From the NCBI GenBank assembly GCA_040901675.1, contig JBBDYJ010000035.1, positions 96,001-160,000 on the forward strand: a DNA stretch of 64,000 nt, written 5' to 3'. How positions within the stretch are numbered: position 1 is the stretch's first letter; each line of letters opens with the position of its first letter. This document shows positions 1 through 8,601 of this stretch, piece by piece. The stretch comes from Pirellulales bacterium (GTDB taxonomy: Bacteria; Planctomycetota; Planctomycetia; Pirellulales; JAICIG01). A model generated the notes under the pieces. That model ran no database searches. It worked only from the letters and a program-made list of their open reading frames with translations, and was not told the origin of the DNA. The position numbers were made by a program, and so were the translations under genes.

Positions 1-318
1 AACGTCGGCTACCGGCCCGACAACAGCCTGTTTGCCGAGCTGCAGGTCCACGAGTGTTATGCGACCTCGGGACCGATGAAACTGGCGGCCCGACTGGCCG
101 CTCATCCATCGCACGACTGCCTCGACCAGCCGCCGTCCAGCGCGTCGGCGCTGTTGAACCCGGAGCCGAATTTCTACATCCTGGGAGCCAAGAGCTACGG
201 CCGCAACTCGAACTTCTTGCTCTCCACCGGCTTCGACCAGGTCCGCCAGGTGTTCTCGATCGTGGCCGACCGGGCCGATCTCGACCTCTATGCAACTGCG
301 GGGAAGTCCCGGCCATGA
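1..318 (+). CDS. FAD-dependent oxidoreductase/flavin monooxygenase, C-terminal part (runs off the window start)
   Basis: Frame open from base 1: NVGYRPD...ELQVHECYA...NPEPNFYILGAKSYGRNSNFLLSTGFDQVR. The stop overlaps the next ATG (ATGA 315-318). Confidence 0.75.
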   Translation, partial: NVGYRPDNSLFAELQVHECYATSGPMKLAARLAAHPSHDCLDQPPSSASALLNPEPNFYILGAKSYGRNSNFLLSTGFDQVRQVFSIVADRADLDLYATAGKSRP

Positions 319-1238
319 CAAGTGCCTCATCAGTCAGCGCGTGGCACACCAGCAGTCCACCGGGGGAGGTACGCATCTCGCACCTGGACGATCTCTGGTT
401 CCAGGTCACCGGCACGCTCTGTAACCTCTCCTGCCGGCACTGCTTCATCAGTTGCAGCCCCAAGAACGACGCCTTCGGATACCTCTCGCTGGACGAGGTG
501 CGCCGCCGGCTGGAAGAATCGCTGCCGCTGGGGGTCAAGGAGTACTACTACACCGGCGGCGAGCCCTTCCTGCACCCCGACATGACGGCCATCCTCTGCG
601 AGACGCTTCGCTACGGCCCGGCCACCGTGCTGACCAACGGCACCATCTGCAAGCACGAGTGGCTCGAAAGGCTGGCCCGCGCCGAGGCGGCCAGCCTCTA
701 CAGCCTCGAGTTCCGCGTGTCGCTGGACGGCTTCTCGCCCGAGACCAACGATCCGATACGCGGCGAGGGGACCTTCGAGCGGGCCATGCGCGGAGTCGCC
801 ATGCTGGTGGAGCACGGCTTTCTGCCGATCATCACCGCCGCCCGCACCTGGGACGATGCGCGGGATGCATCGGTGGTGGCCGCCTTTGTCGAGCTTTTGA
901 AATGCGCCGGCTATAAACGGCCCCGCATCAAGATCCTGCCGACGCTGCGGCTGGGGGCCGAATCGACCCGGACCCATGGCTATGCCGACGACGAACGCGT
1001 CACCCGGGAGATGATGGCTGGTTTCGATGCCACCCAGTTGATCTGCGAGCACAGCCGCACCGTGACCGACCGCGGCGTCTGCGTCTGCCCCATCCTGATC
1101 GAGTCGCCCGATGCCCGCTTGGGCGATACGCTGTCCGAGTCGTTGCGGCCTTACGAAATGCGGCACGGCGCATGCTCCACCTGCTACCAGCACGGAGCCA
1201 TCTGCTCGAACCCATCGCGGGGGAACGGAGCGGGATAG
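315..1238 (+). CDS. Radical SAM protein with Cys-rich C-terminus
   Basis: CNLSCRHC (CX3CX2C), YTGGEPF, LTNG and VSLDG motifs. C-terminal C-x-CP...HGACSTC...C. Start set at the coupled ATG 315. Confidence 0.9.
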   Translation: MTSASSVSAWHTSSPPGEVRISHLDDLWFQVTGTLCNLSCRHCFISCSPKNDAFGYLSLDEVRRRLEESLPLGVKEYYYTGGEPFLHPDMTAILCETLRYGPATVLTNGTICKHEWLERLARAEAASLYSLEFRVSLDGFSPETNDPIRGEGTFERAMRGVAMLVEHGFLPIITAARTWDDARDASVVAAFVELLKCAGYKRPRIKILPTLRLGAESTRTHGYADDERVTREMMAGFDATQLICEHSRTVTDRGVCVCPILIESPDARLGDTLSESLRPYEMRHGACSTCYQHGAICSNPSRGNGAG

Positions 1239-2026
1239 TGACGACGCGGATTGCGTGTTTTGGAGGCGTCTACAGCAACTACCTGGCGCTGGGGGCGGCG
1301 ATCCGCAGCGCGCGGAGCAGAGGAGCTGAGGCGATTTATTGCTTGGGCGACTTGGGAGCTTTCGGGCCGCACCCGGACCGCGTGTTTCCGATTCTCCGCG
1401 AAGCCGGCGTCCACTGCATCCAGGGCAACTACGACCATTCGGTCGGGCATGAGCTCGACGATTGCCGTTGCGGGTATACCGATCCGCGCGACAACTACTT
1501 CGCCCAGATCAGCTACGACTACACGCTGGCCAATACTTCGGCCGCCAACCGGCGCTGGCTGCAAAGCTTGCCGCCGCAGATGCGTCTGCAGCTTGGGCCG
1601 GCAAAGCTGCTCTTGTGCCACGGCAGCCCGCGGAAGGTGAACGAGTTCCTCTGGGAGTCGACCACGCCGACGCACTTTCTGGACAAGCTGGCCGACGACC
1701 ACGCGGCCGACGTGATTCTGGCGACGCACACGGGCATCCATTGGCAGCGGCCGTTGGCCCGCGGCCGCAGCTTCGTGAACGTGGGCGCACTGGGCCGCCC
1801 CGAGAACGGCGGCCGCACAAACGTCTGGTACACGCTCGTGGAGCATTCACCGTCCGGCGGCCTGACCGTCGAATTCGTGCCGGTCGAGTACGACCACCTC
1901 AGGCTGGCACGGGAGATGGCGGCCGAACGTCTGCCGGACGAATTCCAGCAGACCATCCTGACCGGGTGGTGGACCACCTGCCTCGAGGTGCTGCCCAGCA
2001 AAGAGCGCCGCCGCGGCCGCTTCTAG
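1238..2026 (+). CDS. Calcineurin-like metallophosphoesterase
   Basis: CLGDLG, IQGNYD, CHGSP, THTG, FVNVG motifs plus an extra DCRCGY. GTG start overlaps the radical SAM stop. Confidence 0.88.
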   Translation: MTTRIACFGGVYSNYLALGAAIRSARSRGAEAIYCLGDLGAFGPHPDRVFPILREAGVHCIQGNYDHSVGHELDDCRCGYTDPRDNYFAQISYDYTLANTSAANRRWLQSLPPQMRLQLGPAKLLLCHGSPRKVNEFLWESTTPTHFLDKLADDHAADVILATHTGIHWQRPLARGRSFVNVGALGRPENGGRTNVWYTLVEHSPSGGLTVEFVPVEYDHLRLAREMAAERLPDEFQQTILTGWWTTCLEVLPSKERRRGRF

Positions 2027-2060
2027 GACAGAGGTCGGAGGTCAGAAGTCAGAGGTCGGT
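2027..2060. repeat. Heptamer tandem repeat (GTCAGAG-like)
   Basis: gacagag gtcggag gtcagaa gtcagag gtcgg. Confidence 0.8.
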
Positions 2061-2061
2061 C

Positions 2062-2293
2062 GGGTGGCTGGTGGCAAAGCGTCAGCGTGCCCCAGTCCTT
2101 GTCCCCCTTCCTCCGCCCCTTCTTCTATGCCGCCACCGTTACCAGCAGCTCTTGGGCCACCGCCTCGACTTGGGCGGGGTGGCTGGTGGCAAAGCGTCAG
2201 CGTGCCCCAGTCCTTGTCCCCCTTCCGCCGCCCCCTTCTTCTATGCCGCCACTGTTACCAGCAGCTCTTGGGCCACCGCTTCGACTTGGGCGG
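2062..2293. repeat. ~115-bp tandem duplication: REP-like element plus the 3' end of the ExeA-like gene
   Basis: 2062-2176 matches 2177-2293 with a few substitutions and one indel. Confidence 0.95.
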
Positions 2294-3059
2294 CGGCGAC
2301 CGTGGGGCGTTCCTCGGCAAAGCCGATCAGCAAGGCCAGGTCGGCCAGGCGGTGGATGCGGCGCGGCACGCCCTGCGTCAGGTAAAACAGGGCCTCCAGG
2401 GCATCTGCCTCGAAGATCAACCGCGTGGCGCCTGCCGCTCGCAGGCGGTGCTCGACGTAGGCGGCCGTCTCGTCGAGCGACAGGGGACGCAGCAGGCACT
2501 TGCTTGCGATCCGCTCGTCGAGCGACGTCTTGCGCTCGATCGTCGTTGCCAGGCATGGCTGGCCGACGAACAGTATGGTCAGCACGGGGCGGGCGGCCGC
2601 CTCAAAGTTCATCAGTAACCGCAGCGCATCGAAGGCCCGGCCGTCGTCGAGCAGGTGCGCGTCGTCGATGGCCACCACGGCGTGCCGCCCCTGCGCGGCG
2701 TTGTCGGCTAGTGTCCGCTGGATTCGCTCCACCGCCTCGGCCAGCGACGACGCAGCAGGCACCTGCGCCGGATCGAGGCGTGCGGCCAGAGCGGTCACGA
2801 GCTCGGCCGCGGGCAACTGTGGAAAATCGAAGTGGACCACCGGCCTGTACCGTTCGGGCAATTGCTGGGCCAGCATCCGCACCAGCAGGCTCTTGCCGGT
2901 GCCGGGCTCGCCGGCCAGCAGGGCCGCGTGCCGTTGGCTCTCGATCGCATAGCGCAGCTTGAGCAGCGCCGCCTGGTGCGACTCGGCCGGATAATAGAGC
3001 CGCGTATCGCCGCCGGACTCGAAGGGCTTGGAGTTGAGCCGCCAGTAAGACTCGTACAT
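2241..3059 (-). CDS. ExeA/GspA-like AAA ATPase
   Basis: MYESYWRLNSKPF start, Walker A GEPGTGKS, IDDAH, LFVGQP, GVPRRI. Confidence 0.88.
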   Translation of the reverse strand: MYESYWRLNSKPFESGGDTRLYYPAESHQAALLKLRYAIESQRHAALLAGEPGTGKSLLVRMLAQQLPERYRPVVHFDFPQLPAAELVTALAARLDPAQVPAASSLAEAVERIQRTLADNAAQGRHAVVAIDDAHLLDDGRAFDALRLLMNFEAAARPVLTILFVGQPCLATTIERKTSLDERIASKCLLRPLSLDETAAYVEHRLRAAGATRLIFEADALEALFYLTQGVPRRIHRLADLALLIGFAEERPTVAAAQVEAVAQELLVTVAA

Positions 3060-3060
3060 G

Positions 3061-3939
3061 TCAGGCTCGCACGAAGGTTTCCACAATGTCCCACTGCGCG
3101 ATGCCGTACCGCGCCAGCGACCGGCCCACGGCCTGGCAATCTTCCATGGTCGAGTGGCGCGTGTCGCGAACCACCAGGGCGGCGTCGATCATCGGGTGGC
3201 AGTCGAGGATCGACATCCGGCGATCGCCCGCCGCACCGATCCACGGGCCGCCGTCGATACAAACCAGCGCGTATTGGTGGACCAGCGACTCGATCACGGA
3301 CTGCACGCGGGTCGCGACCCTGGCCGTGCGGGCGCCGAAGGCCAGCGAGGTCGCCGGCAGCAGTGTGACCGGCTCGGCCAGCGACTCCACCAGCGCTTCG
3401 CTCAGCGGCTGCTGCCCGAACAGCAGGTCCTGCCAGCCCGCCTGGGGCACGATGCCCAACTGGTCGGCCAGTTGCGGACGCCCAAAGTCGGCTTCGACCA
3501 AGGCAACCTTGCCAAGCTTGCCGGCGGCAAGGCGGGCCAGCGCCATGGCGAGCGTGGTGCGTCCCTCGCCGCGGCGGCAGCCGGTCACCAGGATCGACCT
3601 GGGCCGCGTTGCCCCGGTCAAGGTCGGCAAATAATCGCAGAAATAGCCGGCCGGATCTTCCAGCAGTCGATTGACGGCGTCGGGCCACTCGAACCGCTGC
3701 ACCTCGTACGCGGGGAGCATCGGTTCCGGCGCCTTGGACGTTTCGACGGCGGCTGGAGCACTCGCGCCCGGTGGATGCGCGACTCGGCCGGAGTCGGGCG
3801 CCACCGGGTCAAGCGGAATGTGCGGCGCCGCGATCGGCGGATGCCCGCTGGCCCTTCCTTGCTCGGCCGGCTGCGCCGTCGAGACCTGCTGGTCCTGCTT
3901 CTGATAGGCGCGGATGAATGCCTGGTCGAGCGTGCTCAT
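3061..3939 (-). CDS. CpsD/CapB (BY-kinase/MinD-like) P-loop protein
   Basis: ILVTGCRRGEGRTT, ALVEADFGRP, CIDGGP. Starts MSTLDQAFIRAY. Confidence 0.75.
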   Translation of the reverse strand: MSTLDQAFIRAYQKQDQQVSTAQPAEQGRASGHPPIAAPHIPLDPVAPDSGRVAHPPGASAPAAVETSKAPEPMLPAYEVQRFEWPDAVNRLLEDPAGYFCDYLPTLTGATRPRSILVTGCRRGEGRTTLAMALARLAAGKLGKVALVEADFGRPQLADQLGIVPQAGWQDLLFGQQPLSEALVESLAEPVTLLPATSLAFGARTARVATRVQSVIESLVHQYALVCIDGGPWIGAAGDRRMSILDCHPMIDAALVVRDTRHSTMEDCQAVGRSLARYGIAQWDIVETFVRA

Positions 3940-4754
3940 GGTTGGCGTCCGTTTAGCGCGGTATCGCCGGCGGCGCTGTCCAAGGGCTCGATGCCCCCGA
4001 GCGTGGCCACGCCCGGCTCGATCGTTGCACCAGATTTGAACTCGGGCCAAAACTGCGGCCGGGTGGCCACGCGCAGGGCCGGGTCGTCGGACTGCGGCGG
4101 TTGTCGCGCCAAGTCGACTTCCAGCGGTGCAGTCTCGCCCGCCGGGGCCATTTCATAGTTTGGCATGGCCGGATCTTGCTCCGCCCCCAACGCGCGCGAT
4201 GGCGATTCGAAACCGTCGGGCTGCGGCACGACAATCTCTACCGGCCCGGCGTCCGCCGACCTTCGGACTGGGCTCCCCGCCGTGGCCGGCAACTGGCGGG
4301 CCGACCAGGCTGGAGGCGCTTTCGATGGCCCAGGCTCGGCCGCGCCATTGAACAACACCGGCGCGATCACCTGCACCGCCAGGGCCGAAACGATGGCCAG
4401 CCAGGCCTTGGGTTGCTGGAGAACGAAATAAACCGCGCTCAAAGAGGCCAGCGTGCTTCGCGATCGTCTGGTCAGGTTATCGACCAGCAGGGCCAGGCGA
4501 GGCCGGGCTCGGAGCTCGGCGGGCGGCACATGCTGCGATGCAGCCGGCGCTGTCTCGGCCTCTGGCGGGCGGACCGGGGCGGATTCAATGCCTTCTGCAA
4601 TCGGCGCGCTGCCATCCTCGGCCGTTCGAATCGCCGGAAGGACGGCGCCGGCATCAGCCGTTGCCAGGTCGGGGAGCCGGATCACCACCCGCGGACTTGC
4701 CCCTTCAGAAGCCGCCAGGTGAGGGGCATGACTGATGTTTCGAGCCGAGTGCAT
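3936..4754 (-). CDS. Hypothetical Pro/Ala-rich membrane protein
   Basis: One hydrophobic segment. The stop overlaps the next start (ATGA). Confidence 0.6.
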   Translation of the reverse strand: MHSARNISHAPHLAASEGASPRVVIRLPDLATADAGAVLPAIRTAEDGSAPIAEGIESAPVRPPEAETAPAASQHVPPAELRARPRLALLVDNLTRRSRSTLASLSAVYFVLQQPKAWLAIVSALAVQVIAPVLFNGAAEPGPSKAPPAWSARQLPATAGSPVRRSADAGPVEIVVPQPDGFESPSRALGAEQDPAMPNYEMAPAGETAPLEVDLARQPPQSDDPALRVATRPQFWPEFKSGATIEPGVATLGGIEPLDSAAGDTALNGRQP

Positions 4755-4802
4755 GGGCAATTTGGTCCGGCCGTAGATCGCGTGTGCGCTGAATCACGTT
4801 AT

Positions 4803-4830
4803 CTATCGGTTCCGGTCGTAAGGAACTTGA
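4803..4830 (-). promoter_or_regulatory. Possible sigma-28 (FliA)-like promoter
   Basis: Minus strand reads TCAAG-N15-ACCGATAG about 50 nt upstream of ATG 4754. Consensus is TAAA-N15-GCCGATAA. Confidence 0.4.
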
Positions 4831-5081
4831 GCAATAAACGGGTTTTGACGACTGGGTAATTTGGGCCGGCCAGGGAAGCAGAGTGAAAAGGCGGGTTGGT
4901 AAGGCCCTCTCGCGCCACTGCTGGGTTAGCTGCCGTCGTGTCGGCAGCTCCAAGCAGTGCGGTATGGGCAGCACATTTTTGCCTAGCGGCTGATCCCCCT
5001 CCCGGGTTCGTCCCCCTTGATTATGATTATTGTCTTCCTCTATGCCGGCGGCACGCGGTCAATTAGGGGAGAAGAGTTGCA

Positions 5082-5360
5082 ATGCCGATAATGACCTTGG
5101 AAATCCCCGACGAAGTCCTTTTCGCTCTCCGTCAATCGCCTGCGGAGTTCGTTCGCGAAATGCGGCTGGCGGCCGCCATACACTGGTACGCGCGCGGAAC
5201 AATCTCGCAAGAGAAAACGGCTGAGATTGCCGGTTTGGACCGGACGGACTTCCTCATGGCCCTTGCGCGCGAACAGGTCCCCGCGTTTCAAGTCGACATC
5301 GAGCAACTTCGCGGAGAGATTGAGCGTGGTCTTGAACCAGGCACTCTCCCTGGTCGATGA
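5082..5360 (+). CDS. UPF0175-family putative antitoxin
   Basis: EMRLAAAIHWYARGTISQEKTAEIAGLDRTDF signature. RBS-like GGAGAAG upstream. The last ~10 residues are probably read-through. Confidence 0.85.
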   Translation: MPIMTLEIPDEVLFALRQSPAEFVREMRLAAAIHWYARGTISQEKTAEIAGLDRTDFLMALAREQVPAFQVDIEQLRGEIERGLEPGTLPGR

Positions 5361-5364
5361 ATAG
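5326..5364 (+). pseudogene. Remnant of a DUF3368-type PIN toxin (start fused to the last ~11 codons)
   Basis: The overlapping GTG opens VVLNQALSLVDE*, which resembles the usual DUF3368 C-terminus. It sits at the expected toxin position. Confidence 0.45.
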
Positions 5365-5416
5365 TAAGAAAAAACGACCTGTACTTTTCATGGCTTTCCA
5401 TAGCCGAGGGCGCAGT

Positions 5417-7270
5417 TCAATCTGCCTGGAACACGCGCAGCGAAGCCAGGGCGGATTCGATGTCTGCAACGGCTTGCGACTCCGGCGCCTCCGCCCCGGC
5501 ACGCAGGTCGTCGAGCAGGCCCCCAAGCAGCTCCCTCTCCAGCCAGCCGGCCAGCCAACCGGCCCGGCGCTCGGCGTAGCCGGTCTGCAAGCGGCGAAAT
5601 AGCCGGGCGGCGGCCTGCTTCACCCCCTCGCCCGTGGCCGTCACCACCGCCTCGCCGCCCCCCGTGATGCCGCCGGCGATCGCCGCTTCGGTCGCCAACG
5701 TCGAGACGGTCTGGCCGGCCACGTGCGCCGCCGCCTGCCCCACCACGTCGCCCGCCACAATCCAACCGCTCACCGCCAGCGACACGGTAATCGCCGGCCG
5801 CGCCAGCGCCGCCACGTGGTCCAACGATCGCAGCAGGCTGACCGCCCTCGGGTTCGCCTCGCCCCAACGGTCCAGCTCCGCGCGCAGAAAATCGCGGTAA
5901 TCGTCGTCCAAGGCCGGCAGCTCGGCATGAGCCGCGATCACGCGCTCTAGTAACTGCTGCCGCGAGGCGCCGCCCAACAGCCCGGCCAGCCGGGGTCGAA
6001 GCGTGTCGTTGCCGACCTGGCTGAGGCGGTCCAGCTCGTCGAGCAACTTTTGAACCGCCTCGACAATCGCGTCGCGCTCGCTGGTATGAAAGGCGGCCAG
6101 CGGTTCGGGGGCCGGTCCCGCAATGCCCTCCCAGGCCTTGCGCACCGGCCAGAGCACTCCCTGTCCCAACACCCGGTAAAAGCCGTGCACCTGCCGCGAC
6201 CAGGGACTGCGGCTGGCATCCCACCAGCCGCGGATCTCCTCGACCAGCAACCGCGCCGGCAACGCCGGCCATTGCACGCGGGCCATGTCGCTGGTCGACA
6301 GCGCCGCCGCCGCCGCGGCAAACTCGCCGCTCGCCTGCCGCAGCCGGGCCAGGTAGCCGGCCGCCCCTTCGCTCTCGTCCAGCACGCGCGCCAGCGCGCC
6401 CTGGAACGTGCGGATCTTGATCGCGTCGAAGTGCAGCGACGCCAGCTCCTCGCGCAGCGAAGACGCCGGCCCCAGCGGACCCTGGCCATCGGCCCCGGCC
6501 GGATAAAACGGCAACTGCAGCTCGCCCGCCGCCGCGCGGTCATACGGGATCACGTACACCAGGTGCGGCGTGGCGCCCGTTTCGCCGCTGAACGTCTCCA
6601 GCCAACGCGGCCAGTAGTCGCGGTCCCCTTCCAGGTCGCACTGGTTAAAGACGACGACCACCGCCTTGTCCGCTTCGGCCGCCTTGCGAAAGAACTGCTT
6701 GACGGCGGCGTCGTTGTATTTCTGCTGCGTCAAGACGGCGATCAGCACGTCGGCCGATTGGCGGATCTGGTCGGCGCGCTGCCAGTTGACCGCCACGTCC
6801 GAGTCGATGTCCGGCGTGTCCAGCAACAAGAGCCGCTCGGGCACGGCCTGGCCGCGCCGCCAGAACAAGAGATGCTCGGCCGTATCGGCCAGGGCGTCGT
6901 CAGCCGACTGCCAGCGGCGCAGTTGAAATCCGTCGAACAGACCCTGCAGCAACTCCTCGCGGTCGCACCCCTCGGGCGCCAAGCAGACCGGGTGCCGGGT
7001 GCCGGCCGCCAACGGGCTGACGGCGCTGGCCATCTCGCCGCCCAGGTGGTTGAAAACCAGCGACTTGCCGATGTTGGTGCCCCCCACCACCGCCACCACC
7101 AGCACCGGCGGGGCGTCCAACTGGGCCAACAGCTTATGAGCCAAAAGCTCGTACCATTCCTCCTTGTCCGGCGGCGGCAGGCCGACCGCGCGGGCCGCCG
7201 GCGCCAGCGCCCCCAGCGCATGGTGCAAGCGTTTGACCTGTGCGGCCCAGGCATGGAAGTCGGCACTCAT
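5417..7270 (-). CDS. Dynamin-like/Era-like GTPase domain protein
   Basis: G1 GGTNIGKS, G2 GT, G3 DTPD, G4 NQCD. Helical C-terminus with a hydrophobic segment. TATACT lies just upstream. Confidence 0.85.
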   Translation of the reverse strand: MSADFHAWAAQVKRLHHALGALAPAARAVGLPPPDKEEWYELLAHKLLAQLDAPPVLVVAVVGGTNIGKSLVFNHLGGEMASAVSPLAAGTRHPVCLAPEGCDREELLQGLFDGFQLRRWQSADDALADTAEHLLFWRRGQAVPERLLLLDTPDIDSDVAVNWQRADQIRQSADVLIAVLTQQKYNDAAVKQFFRKAAEADKAVVVVFNQCDLEGDRDYWPRWLETFSGETGATPHLVYVIPYDRAAAGELQLPFYPAGADGQGPLGPASSLREELASLHFDAIKIRTFQGALARVLDESEGAAGYLARLRQASGEFAAAAAALSTSDMARVQWPALPARLLVEEIRGWWDASRSPWSRQVHGFYRVLGQGVLWPVRKAWEGIAGPAPEPLAAFHTSERDAIVEAVQKLLDELDRLSQVGNDTLRPRLAGLLGGASRQQLLERVIAAHAELPALDDDYRDFLRAELDRWGEANPRAVSLLRSLDHVAALARPAITVSLAVSGWIVAGDVVGQAAAHVAGQTVSTLATEAAIAGGITGGGEAVVTATGEGVKQAAARLFRRLQTGYAERRAGWLAGWLERELLGGLLDDLRAGAEAPESQAVADIESALASLRVFQAD

Positions 7271-7693
7271 CGAGCACGGCAGTATAGCGGAAGGAAGAAG
7301 GCAGTCAGCCGCGCGACCACAACAGTCCCGTGCCGCTGCTTAAAGCTGGTGGCTTGGCCGGCAGTTTCAAGCACTGATCTTCAGGCTCCCCTCCCCGTCC
7401 GACCCAGTTTGTTGTCCTAAGCGCCACGGACAGGGCGACTTGTGGCTGTGGCCTATTTTTGGCACTTGACGCATGTGCGACAGCCTCTATATTGGTCGTT
7501 CTCAATTTCCCGCTCAACCTGTTGCTCGCAGCTTTGCACGGCGTAAGATAGGTAAAGTGCCCAGCGCGCCGATCCCGATAGCAGGAAAAGCCAGGGATGG
7601 TCTGCGGCGTGCCAAACTGGAAGGCTTGCTGCTTGGTCGTCGCATTCTGCGGCGACTTTGTTTTTGCGCTGTGCGGCGACCGAAACGGCCTTC

Positions 7694-7917
7694 ATGTCGC
7701 GCCCAGGCACAAAAACGATGATATCGAGTATGCCATTCAATACGCCGAAGCCCATAATTGGCGGTTCGTCAAGTCCGAAGGGCATCCATTCTGTCGGCTC
7801 AAGTGTCCGCATGCCGCTCGTGGTGGTTGCACAATGTCGGTCTGGTCCACGCCAAAGGATCCGTTTTTGCACGCACGCCGAATAATGCGGAAGGTGGACA
7901 ACTGCCCGCATCATTGA
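7694..7917 (+). pseudogene. HicA-like small protein, apparently frameshifted near codon 4
   Basis: PRHKNDDIEYAIQYAEAHNWRF..GHPFCRLKCP..SVWSTPKDP. ATG 7694 is one base out of frame and adding one C gives MSRPRHKN. Confidence 0.5.
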
Positions 7918-7936
7918 GGCTGGATGGGAGAGCAAA

Positions 7937-8308
7937 ATGAGTGCTGCTACTACAGAACGTTCTCGGCTGGGGGCCGAGAAGGACGTATATTCGTTCACGC
8001 TACTGCTGGAAGGCGTCAACGAAATCACAGATGATCTGGAGCGCGTGCTTTACGATGCCGGATGCGATGATGCTTTGCTGAGCGCGTCGGAGGACGAAGT
8101 ATCCCTCGATTTCGACCGGGAGGCGTCGTCAATGTTCGAGGCGATTCGCAGTGCCATTCACGCCGTGGAAACTTGCGGATTGCCGATTCGCGTGCGAAGA
8201 GTCGTCCCCCCGGGACACCATGCGATTCGCATGATGAATAACTTCCTCGAATTGAGAGACGAACAGCCAGATCTCGTCGAGGAACTTCGGAAGCTGAATC
8301 GCGGCTGA
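7937..8308 (+). CDS. Putative antitoxin partner (GCDDA-motif protein)
   Basis: YSFTLLL...LYDAGCDDALL...LDFDREA. GGAG RBS. Directly follows the HicA-like gene. Confidence 0.65.
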   Translation: MSAATTERSRLGAEKDVYSFTLLLEGVNEITDDLERVLYDAGCDDALLSASEDEVSLDFDREASSMFEAIRSAIHAVETCGLPIRVRRVVPPGHHAIRMMNNFLELRDEQPDLVEELRKLNRG

Positions 8309-8601
8309 CGTCGCGATTCTGGGCATCGATGCCCAGATTCCTCTCGGCAAGCGGTCGCCCGACAACACCAGGCGGTTCATGCTGGACATGAGCCGGCGGG
8401 CGGGGTTCCCCGGTCTGCACTCCAGCGGTGCCCACCCCTTCGGGGCCCGTGGATTCCCGTCCTATCGTCCAAATCAGCACCGATGCCTTCGGGGGCTATC
8501 CGTCTCGCGACGGGGGTCCCTTGTAGGGCTCCGCGGAGCTGTTCTACAATCCAGGGTTCAACCTTTCGCCACCGAAACGGATTTCCGCACGTCCGCCGCC
8601 T

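Noticed and set aside
1..2026. Selenocysteine recoding in the left operon
   Set aside because: No in-frame TGA interrupts these genes. The Cys motifs use TGC/TGT.
2062..2293. Possible CRISPR array
   Set aside because: Only two units, the would-be spacers are near-identical, and no cas genes are present.
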